Under the pieces are notes generated by a model. That model saw only the letters and a program-made list of their open reading frames with translations. It made no database searches and was not told the DNA's origin. A program made the translations under genes and the position numbers. Shown here piece after piece: positions 5,655 through 12,977 of a stretch of 32,000 nucleotides of DNA. The DNA is from Telmatocola sphagniphila (lineage in GTDB: Bacteria; Planctomycetota; Planctomycetia; Gemmatales; Gemmataceae): assembly GCF_018398935.1 (NCBI RefSeq), contig NZ_CP074694.1, positions 2,670,001 to 2,702,000 of the forward strand, read 5' to 3'. The stretch's first letter is position 1. Every line of letters starts with the position of its first letter.

Positions 5655-8645
5655 ATGCAAACTGAACAACAGTCCGCCACGCTTCTCGAAGCATCCCGTA
5701 TCGCTCAAGACTTTCAAATCCGCAAATCGCAGGTTGAGAGTGTGATGCAGCTACTGGATGAGGGGTGTACTGTACCCTATCTAGCAAGGTATGCACGCGA
5801 AAAAACGGGAGGACTACCGGAGGATATACTGCGGCGTCTTGCCGAGCGAATTCACGAATACCGACAGCATCAGGATCGCAAAAAAACGATTTTGAAAAAC
5901 CTTGAAGCTCAGGGAAAGCTGACTCCGGAACTGAAGGAGGCCATCCAGGCCGCGGAAACTCCGCGAAGACTGGACGATCTCTACCTTCCCTTCAAGCCGA
6001 AGAAAAAATCGACTTCTCAGGATGCCCGCGATCGCGGGCTGGAACCACTGGCACTGGCCATCTGGAATCGCGATCCGGCTGTGGAAAATCTGCTCGATGT
6101 CGTCAACGGCATGGTCGCTCCGGAAAAACTACTCATCACACCGGAAGACGTGCTGAACGGTGCCCAGCAGATTCTCGCCGAGATGATCGCCGATCTGGCC
6201 ATCGTGCGAGCTCCGGCCCGACCGATCCTCTGGGAAACCGGCAATCTGGTCGTTACCAAGAACGATTCGGCAAGCGAAGAAAAAGCACGCGATTATCGCG
6301 ACTATCACAAATTCAGCGAGAGCATCAAAACCATCCCGGCCCATCGCATCCTGCTCATCAACCGGGGCGAACGGGAAAACGTACTGAAGGTTCGCGTGGA
6401 AGCGGATTCCGAGCGAATCAAACTCGCCAGTTTGAAAGCTCTGAATCTTCAGGATCATCCGCATCAGGCTTTTCTACTTCAAGTCGCCGACGATGCCATC
6501 ACTCGCCTGCTTCTTCCGAGCCTGGAGAAGGAAGTCCGTCGCGAACTGACCGATATCGCCTCCGATCACGCCATCGGCACTGCCGCCCGTAACCTTCACA
6601 GCATGCTGATGCAGCATCCGCTGGTGAACAAGCGATTACTGGCGATCGACCCCGGCATGCGTAACGGCTGCCGCGTGGCGGTTCTTTCCGAAGACGGCGA
6701 ACTTCTGGAAGAGACTTCGATTTTCCCGCACTCGCCGCAGTACCAGCGAAAAGAATCGAAGCACGCTCTCGAAAAAATGATTCGAAAGCATGGCGTTCAG
6801 GTCATCGCCATCGGCAACGGCACGGCCAGCCGGGATACCGAAGTCCTGGTCAGCGATTTGATCCATGCCTTCGATTGCAAGCGAAAAGGTTTGCCGATCC
6901 CGGAAGATCCGGTGATGGTCGCCCCGGCAGCTGCTAAAACCGAAAAAGAAGTAGCCAAACCGACCGCTCCGGAAGTCTCGGAAACACCTGCGGTTACGGC
7001 AGAAGCGAGTGAAACACCCGCCTCTGTCAGTGAAGTGTCGGAATCAACTCCGGAAGCGACTACGATAACACCTGAAACACCTGTCCCGGAAACGGCAACA
7101 ACACCAACTGCGACTCCCGAAACTCCTGCTCCGGTAGAAGCGCCTCTGGCTGCTCCGGTAGAAGCGCCTCAGGTTGTTCTGGAAGATTTATCCGCGCTCC
7201 CAGAACCCGATCTGGAACTGGCTTATGCCGTCATCAACGAAGCGGGCTCCAACGACTACTCCACCAGCCCGATTGCTCGGGAAGAATTTCCCGAATTGGA
7301 TCCCACAGTACGAGCGGCCATTTCGATCGGTCGCCGCTTACAGGATCCCTTGCGGGAGCTGGTCAAACTCGATCCACAGCAAATCGGAATCGGTGTCTAT
7401 CAGCAGGATGTCAAAGTCAAGAAGCTGAAAGAGACGCTGGAAACGGTCATTGAATCGTGCGTCAACGATATTGGCGTCGATCTCAACAAGGCCACGATTT
7501 CCCTCTTGCGATTTGTCTCGGGTCTGAATCCCATTCTGGCCCGCGAGATCGTCGATCACCGCAGCCGAAACGGGGTTTATAAGAAGCGGGAAGATCTGCT
7601 GCAAGTATCGACCATGACGCCGGAGAAATATCGGCAAGCCGCCGCTTTCCTGCAGATCTCCGGGGGCGAAGAACCTCTCGATGCGACCCGATTGCATCCA
7701 GAACAATACGTCCTGCTGAAGCAATTGCTTTCCGAATACGGGTTTATCACTGCGGATCTTAGCCATCCTGAAAAGAATGAAAAGATCAAGGAAAAGCTGA
7801 AAACCTTCAATCTTCAGCAGCTATCTGAACGCTGGAAGGTCAGCCCCGACACGGTTAAGGATGTCCTCGATGCGGTATTCGTGCCGACCACCGACCCGCG
7901 CCTGCACGGACCAGTCCCCATTCTCCGCAAAGCCATGCTGCAATTCGAAGAATTGGCCGTTGGGCAGGAGCTGCAGGGAACGGTTCTCAATGTGGTTCAG
8001 TTCGGGGCTTTCGTCGATGTCGGACTTCGAGATAGCGGTCTGGTTCACATCAGTCAGATGGCCAATCGATTCATCCGAAGTCCTTTCGATGTCGTTTCGG
8101 TAGGCGATATTGTGAAGTGCTGGGTTCTGAAGATCGACACTACCGCGAAAAAAGTTTCGCTGACGATGATCGATCCCCATCCGCCCGCCCGACAGGAACG
8201 GCGACAGGATCAGCGGCCACCACGTCAGGAACAACGATCGGAGCGCAACGATCGACCGGCACCGCAAGGCGACCGTCCGCCGCGCCCCGCAGGACAAGGT
8301 GGCGGAGATCAACCCCGTCGCGGTTTCCAGCCTCGACCCGGCGGCGGCCAGCAACAAGGCGGCGGCCGGTTCCAACGCCGCGATCAACAAGCGCCGCCGC
8401 CCTCCTCCAAGCCTGTGGATGTCACGCCGCCGTCGAATCGTAAGCCTAGAACGGACAAGCCTTTACCGAAGCTTTCCAAGGATGCGTTGAAGGGGAAGGC
8501 CCCGCTGCAAACTTTTGGCGAGTTGATGGCTTTCTTCAAGGCCAAGGAAGAACCGGGCGCTCCCGCTAAACCTCCGGAATCTGCACCGCCGCAAGCTCCG
8601 GAAGCCCAAACACCTCCCGAAGGTGAAACACCTAAGGCGGAATAA
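5655..8645 (+). CDS. tex: Tex-like transcription accessory protein (S1 RNA-binding domain protein) with an internal low-complexity insertion and a long C-terminal tail
   Basis: N-terminus LLDEGCTVPYLARYAREKTGGL (Tex NTVPFIARYRKE-type motif). YqgF/RuvC-like region LAIDPGMRNGCRVAVL...VIAIGNGTASRDTE. HhH region VDLNKATISLLRFVSGLNPILAREIV. S1 domain GQELQGTVLNVVQFGAFVDVGLRDSGLVHISQM. The track ORF begins at TTG 5649; the first ATG is at 5655. Confidence 0.9.
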   Translation: MQTEQQSATLLEASRIAQDFQIRKSQVESVMQLLDEGCTVPYLARYAREKTGGLPEDILRRLAERIHEYRQHQDRKKTILKNLEAQGKLTPELKEAIQAAETPRRLDDLYLPFKPKKKSTSQDARDRGLEPLALAIWNRDPAVENLLDVVNGMVAPEKLLITPEDVLNGAQQILAEMIADLAIVRAPARPILWETGNLVVTKNDSASEEKARDYRDYHKFSESIKTIPAHRILLINRGERENVLKVRVEADSERIKLASLKALNLQDHPHQAFLLQVADDAITRLLLPSLEKEVRRELTDIASDHAIGTAARNLHSMLMQHPLVNKRLLAIDPGMRNGCRVAVLSEDGELLEETSIFPHSPQYQRKESKHALEKMIRKHGVQVIAIGNGTASRDTEVLVSDLIHAFDCKRKGLPIPEDPVMVAPAAAKTEKEVAKPTAPEVSETPAVTAEASETPASVSEVSESTPEATTITPETPVPETATTPTATPETPAPVEAPLAAPVEAPQVVLEDLSALPEPDLELAYAVINEAGSNDYSTSPIAREEFPELDPTVRAAISIGRRLQDPLRELVKLDPQQIGIGVYQQDVKVKKLKETLETVIESCVNDIGVDLNKATISLLRFVSGLNPILAREIVDHRSRNGVYKKREDLLQVSTMTPEKYRQAAAFLQISGGEEPLDATRLHPEQYVLLKQLLSEYGFITADLSHPEKNEKIKEKLKTFNLQQLSERWKVSPDTVKDVLDAVFVPTTDPRLHGPVPILRKAMLQFEELAVGQELQGTVLNVVQFGAFVDVGLRDSGLVHISQMANRFIRSPFDVVSVGDIVKCWVLKIDTTAKKVSLTMIDPHPPARQERRQDQRPPRQEQRSERNDRPAPQGDRPPRPAGQGGGDQPRRGFQPRPGGGQQQGGGRFQRRDQQAPPPSSKPVDVTPPSNRKPRTDKPLPKLSKDALKGKAPLQTFGELMAFFKAKEEPGAPAKPPESAPPQAPEAQTPPEGETPKAE

Positions 8646-8648
8646 AGT

Positions 8649-9950
8649 TTAAGCGGCCTCCGCCGGTTCTGGCGGAGGCCCTTCCAATTTTAAATTCTCT
8701 CGCTCACTCCGGGAAACATATAGCGTCGTAGTGAGATCTCCCGTTACATTCACCATCGTCCGGCACATATCCAAAAGTCGATCCACGCCGAGTACGATCG
8801 CAATCGCATCCGGTTGAACTCCGTTCTGAGCCAGAATCAATCCGATTAACGGGATCGAGCCTCCCGGCACCCCGGCCAAGCCTGTCGCGGTGATCACGCA
8901 CATTACCAGAACGATCAGTTGTTGTTGCAGGGTGAGGTCGACACCAAACACTTGAGCGAGGAACATCACGGTCACCCCCTCGAAAAGGGCCGTGCCGTTA
9001 TGATTCATCGAGGCACTCAAGGGCAGGACAAAACGGGAAACCGCTTTGGGGACCCCCAACTCCTCTTCTGCACATTTCATGGCCGTCGGGAGTGTGGCAC
9101 TCGAAGAACTGGTGGAGAAGGCAGTAATCATCGTACCGCGTGATTTTCGGAAAAACTCCAGGGGATTCATGCCGCCGAGCAACTTCACGAGAATCGGGAA
9201 AACCACCAGAAGCTGAATTCCTAGTCCGATGAGTACGGTGGCCACAAAAGCCGCGAGTGCGACCAGCAATTCCCAACCAAATTCGGCCGCGGTGGTGAAA
9301 ATCAGACAAAACACGGCGTACGGAGCCAGCTTCATGGCCGTGCCCAGAATAAAATCGGTGATCTGGTTTACCCCTTCGAGGACTTTGACGATCAGTTGCG
9401 CGCGTTCCTGTTCGATTCGAGTCAGCGCTACTCCCACCAGGAGAGAGGTGAAAATCACGGCCAGCATATCCTTGTCGGAAAAGGCCTTCAGCGGATTGGA
9501 AGGAACGATATTCACCAGCAGGTTGATATCGACTTCGCGTTTATTCTGCAGTTTCTTGTCCGCTTCTCCCTTGGCCGCCATTAATTTGGTTTTCTGTTCA
9601 TCCGAAATCTGATTTCCCGGCTTAATGCTGTTCACCAAAGTTAGGCCGATGCAGGCCGCACAGGTGGTGGTAAGAACGAAGTAGCTGATCGTTTTGAAGC
9701 CGATTCGCCCCAGGTTATTTCCACCACCGAGACGGGTAACTCCCAGGGCCAGCGAAGCAAACACCAGCGGAATGATGCCCAGCATCAGGAGATTGATGAA
9801 AATCTGACCCAGAGGACGGGTGAAGTTTCTTATAAGCCCTTTGAGTAGCAGGCTCTCGGGCGCGAAGGAGTTTGCCAGAACTCCCAAAGCGGCCCCGAGA
9901 ACGAGGCTGATCAAAATTTTGTAATGACCCGATTCGGAACGACTCGACAT
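8649..9950 (-). CDS. Dicarboxylate/amino acid:cation symporter (DAACS/SDF family, GltP/DctA-like)
   Basis: Family signatures AFSTSSSSATLPTAM, SMNHNGTALFEG and VDRLLDMCRTMVNVTGD; a multi-TM protein of 433 aa. Confidence 0.92.
   Translation of the reverse strand: MSSRSESGHYKILISLVLGAALGVLANSFAPESLLLKGLIRNFTRPLGQIFINLLMLGIIPLVFASLALGVTRLGGGNNLGRIGFKTISYFVLTTTCAACIGLTLVNSIKPGNQISDEQKTKLMAAKGEADKKLQNKREVDINLLVNIVPSNPLKAFSDKDMLAVIFTSLLVGVALTRIEQERAQLIVKVLEGVNQITDFILGTAMKLAPYAVFCLIFTTAAEFGWELLVALAAFVATVLIGLGIQLLVVFPILVKLLGGMNPLEFFRKSRGTMITAFSTSSSSATLPTAMKCAEEELGVPKAVSRFVLPLSASMNHNGTALFEGVTVMFLAQVFGVDLTLQQQLIVLVMCVITATGLAGVPGGSIPLIGLILAQNGVQPDAIAIVLGVDRLLDMCRTMVNVTGDLTTTLYVSRSERENLKLEGPPPEPAEAA
8655..8680 (+). 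terminator. Strong GC hairpin just downstream of the tex stop, embedded in the last codons of the convergent symporter gene
   Basis: GGCCTCCGCC-ggttct-GGCGGAGGCC is a perfect 10-bp stem, followed by CTTCCAATTTT. It starts 10 nt after the tex TAA (8643-8645). Confidence 0.5.
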
Positions 9951-10067
9951 AGGTTAGCCTCAAGGGATTTCTTCGAGGCAAGATAGTCGCTAAGCGTTCC
10001 GACAACAATAGACGCGAATGGAAATTGGCAGACTTTCTCGATTTTGAACCATTACTTGGCCGTACGA

Positions 10068-10955
10068 TCAATTCACGGCCCGGCCCAGCTCCTTCAGCAT
10101 GCGACGGAGATCATCCCAGGTATCGCGCTTGAGATTTGCATTTTTGAGTAACGTCCGGGGATGATAGGTGCAATAGACCGGGAAGCCAATGTACTGATGC
10201 TTGCCGGCACGCAAGGTATTCCACTCTTCCAGCGAATTCAGTAAACCTCGGCTGGCGGATTCGCCAAAGCAGCAGATCGCCTGCGGCTGCAATTCCATGA
10301 TCTGGGCTTCGAGATAGCCCCGGCAATTCTCGCGTTCCTGCGGTTTGGCTTCTCTGGAGCCGGGTAACCGGCATTTCAGTGCGGTCGTGATATAAATCTC
10401 TTCCGGGGTCAAGCCGCAGGCTACCATCATCTTTTGAAAAAGTTCGCCGGCTTCGTCGACGAAAAGCTGGCTTTTCCGATCTTCCTCGGCAATTGGCGAA
10501 TCGCCCAGAAAGAGGATTACCGGTTTGCTGCTCCCCTGCCCGAAAATCGGCTTGATTCGGGTGGCACTCAAAGAAGTGCATTTTTCGCAGGCCTCCACCT
10601 CCAGCTGCAAGGGAGAAACGGTCGGGAGTTGCTTCGGCGGATTTTTGGTCGGCTTCGGCTTGGTTGGTGTAGCTACCGGAGTAAGCGCAGGTGCGGGGGT
10701 TCGCGTTATGGGGGCCGGACGATCGAGTTTCTGTGGTGGAACTGGACTAGTCACCGGCGGTGGCGGCACCAAAGGCGCGGGAAAATGCTGAGAAAATCGC
10801 ACGGTTTCAGCAACCGGAGTCGGCCCCATAGCTGGTGCGTTCTGGATCTTTGACCAGTCGAAGGGCAGATATTCCACGCCGGCGGTTTGCAGGCTAAGTA
10901 GGAGTTCTCGAGCAACTTCCGTCAGATCGATTGCCGGGTTGTCATCACTTGCCAT
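10068..10955 (-). CDS. Uracil-DNA glycosylase superfamily protein (family-4-like) with a Pro-rich N-terminal extension
   Basis: CEKC...RIKPIFGQGSSKPVILFLGDSPIAEEDRKSQLFVDEAGELF...ALKCRLPG...NCRGYL...CTYHPRTLLKN matches the family-4 UDG layout: Fe-S cysteines, motif A, and motif B HPxxLLxN. Confidence 0.8.
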   Translation of the reverse strand: MASDDNPAIDLTEVARELLLSLQTAGVEYLPFDWSKIQNAPAMGPTPVAETVRFSQHFPAPLVPPPPVTSPVPPQKLDRPAPITRTPAPALTPVATPTKPKPTKNPPKQLPTVSPLQLEVEACEKCTSLSATRIKPIFGQGSSKPVILFLGDSPIAEEDRKSQLFVDEAGELFQKMMVACGLTPEEIYITTALKCRLPGSREAKPQERENCRGYLEAQIMELQPQAICCFGESASRGLLNSLEEWNTLRAGKHQYIGFPVYCTYHPRTLLKNANLKRDTWDDLRRMLKELGRAVN

Positions 10956-11027
10956 CTCGCAGAGTCCCCCTTGATTCTTATGATAAGAATTGAAATGGGA
11001 TCGGAAGCGAGTTTAGGGGTTAAAGAG

Positions 11028-11912
11028 ATGTCGGATTCGGATGTTTTCAAACTGGGTCTGGTGCAGATGAAGTGCGATGCCGATCCTAATGTGAACATGG
11101 ATGCGGCCCTGCATTACATCGCCGAAGCAGCCCGGAAAGGGGTCCAGATCGTCTGCTTACCCGAGCTTTTTCTGAGCCATTACTTCTGCAAAGTCCATGA
11201 CATGTCGCTCTTCGATCTGGCCGAAGAAATCCCTGGTCCGCGAACCGAGAAACTGGCTGCCGCGGCGAAGCAGCACAACGTGGTCGTCGTCGCATCACTC
11301 TTTGAGAAGCGAGTAACCGGAACCTGCATGAACACGGCTGTCGTTTTCGATGCCGATGGCTCGATAGCCGGGCTTTACCGCAAGATGCACATCCCGCACG
11401 ATCCCCTGTTTTACGAGAAATACTACTTCCGACCGGGGGATCTCGGTTTCAAGGCCATCAAAACTCGTTACGCTAAATTGGGAGTTCTGGTGTGCTGGGA
11501 CCAGTGGTTTCCCGAGGGAGCCCGCATTACGGCCCTAAAGGGAGCCGAAGTCCTTATCTACCCCACGGCCATCGGCTGGCATCCCCGGGAGAAAGAGGAA
11601 TTTGGCGTCTCGCAGCACGATGCCTGGCGAACTGTGCAGCGCGGCCATGCCATCGCGAATGGGATTTATGTAGCGGCCATCAATCGAGTGGGCTTCGAGC
11701 AGGACCGGGAAGGCGGCCTGGAATTCTGGGGAGCCTCATTTGTGTCCGATCCTTTCGGCATTCTGGTGGCCGAGGGTTCCCATTACCAAGAAGAACTGGT
11801 GATTCAGGAGTGCAAACGTTCCCGGATGCTGGATGTGCGGCGAAACTGGCCCTTTTTCCGCGATCGTCGGACCGATGCCTACGCCGAAATACTTCAAACT
11901 GCCATCGAATAA
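11028..11912 (+). CDS. aguB: N-carbamoylputrescine amidase-like carbon-nitrogen hydrolase
   Basis: KLGLVQMKC, CLPELF..YFC, YRKMHIPHDPLFYEKYYFRPGD, the catalytic-Cys motif GVLVCWDQWFPE, YPTAIGW and FFRDRRTDAY closely follow the CPA/AguB pattern. The track ORF starts at TTG 10971; ATG 11028 gives the conventional N-terminus. Confidence 0.85.
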   Translation: MSDSDVFKLGLVQMKCDADPNVNMDAALHYIAEAARKGVQIVCLPELFLSHYFCKVHDMSLFDLAEEIPGPRTEKLAAAAKQHNVVVVASLFEKRVTGTCMNTAVVFDADGSIAGLYRKMHIPHDPLFYEKYYFRPGDLGFKAIKTRYAKLGVLVCWDQWFPEGARITALKGAEVLIYPTAIGWHPREKEEFGVSQHDAWRTVQRGHAIANGIYVAAINRVGFEQDREGGLEFWGASFVSDPFGILVAEGSHYQEELVIQECKRSRMLDVRRNWPFFRDRRTDAYAEILQTAIE

Positions 11913-11916
11913 AAAA

Positions 11917-11940
11917 GGCGGAGATCTCTCCGCCTTTTTT
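11917..11940. terminator. Bidirectional rho-independent terminator between convergent genes
   Basis: AAAAAA-GGCGGAGA-tc-TCTCCGCC-TTTTTT. The perfect stem is flanked by an A-run and a T-run. It lies between the aguB-like stop (11912) and the cytochrome-like stop (11968). Confidence 0.8.
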
Positions 11941-11967
11941 ACACTTCCAATTTTTCAGTGATCCAGT

Positions 11968-12741
11968 TTAGTTCTTGAAGACGTTGTGGCACTCGGTGCA
12001 GCTGGCATTCAGCTTACCGAGCGACGTCTGCAGCTTCTTCAGGTCGGGTTTGGCCGCTTTCGAACCTTCGTAAACTTCATCGGCGGCATCCTTCATCATC
12101 TTGGCATACTTTTTCCAGTTGGCGACCGACTTTTTGCCCGAACCGGTATCGGTCGGCATGTTTTCGGTATATTCGGCGATGGTAAGAATCCGTGCGGCCA
12201 AGCCCGGGACCTTACTTGCATCCTTCAATTTGTCTGCCATCTCCTTCAAATCGCTTTCGAGATTCAAGCCCCCCCCCGAGGTCTTTTTCAAAGGACTCAT
12301 CAGTTCGAACATTTCGAACTTGGCCAGCTTGGAAAGATCGATGGCTTCGGTTTTGGCGGAAGGATTGGCGGCGGTCTTCAACGAGAGCAGTTTGGCGGCT
12401 TCCACGGCGTCCTTATATTTCTTGCTGGAAACGGCTTCGGCGACTTTGACGGCGTTATCGCGAAGAGTGGCCAATTGCTGGTCGCGCGTCTTGTCTTTGC
12501 CGTCCATCTGCTTTTGTGCATACATAGCAATCAGCATGGCCGTGGCCTTCGATTGGATAATTCCTTTCTTATCCGGCGAGCCGTCTTTGAGTTGTTTGAG
12601 CAAATGAGCAGAATCGTGATCCAGAATCGCCTTGAAGTCGTCAGCCGTCACGGAAGCGGCCGAGAGTTCAGTTACGGCCACAAAACCGAGGAATAGAGCG
12701 ATACTGAAGCCGATTTTCAAGCCAAGAGAACGAATTTGCAT
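11968..12741 (-). CDS. Secreted cytochrome c'-like (class II c-type) helical protein with one C-terminal CxxCH
   Basis: Signal peptide MQIRSLGLKIGFSIALFLGFVAVTELSAAS. The body is Lys/Ala-rich and helical. A single heme motif sits at the extreme C-terminus (NASCTECHNVFKN), as in class II cytochromes c. ATG 12741 is preferred over the track start at 12789. Confidence 0.6.
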   Translation of the reverse strand: MQIRSLGLKIGFSIALFLGFVAVTELSAASVTADDFKAILDHDSAHLLKQLKDGSPDKKGIIQSKATAMLIAMYAQKQMDGKDKTRDQQLATLRDNAVKVAEAVSSKKYKDAVEAAKLLSLKTAANPSAKTEAIDLSKLAKFEMFELMSPLKKTSGGGLNLESDLKEMADKLKDASKVPGLAARILTIAEYTENMPTDTGSGKKSVANWKKYAKMMKDAADEVYEGSKAAKPDLKKLQTSLGKLNASCTECHNVFKN

Positions 12742-12977
12742 GGCAGGTACACCTAGGAGGGAAAGCAATCCGGGCGAATCATAGCCCATTATTCGTCACG
12801 ATACTTCATAAGGGAATCCTTGACCAGTTGTGGTTGCGCTGATTTTTGATCAAATCGCTAAAAACTTACGCATTTGCAATTTGGCCGGTTGCGAACTAGA
12901 TTTCGATGGTAGTCGTAAAATGAAGCGCCCTTTAAAAAGCCCTTCGACTATCGGGTAGACCCCGGAAGTTGGCGTTA

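Noticed and set aside
11986-12696. Long antisense ORFs of 200-308 aa opposite well-supported genes: 11986-12696 (+), 15407-16018 (-), 16581-17294 (-), 18002-18664 (-), 22869-23645 (+) and 29508-30434 (+).
   Set aside because: Each lies entirely inside a gene with clear family motifs on the other strand. Their products are low-complexity and Arg/Gly/Leu-rich with no motifs. This is typical of shadow ORFs in GC-biased coding DNA.
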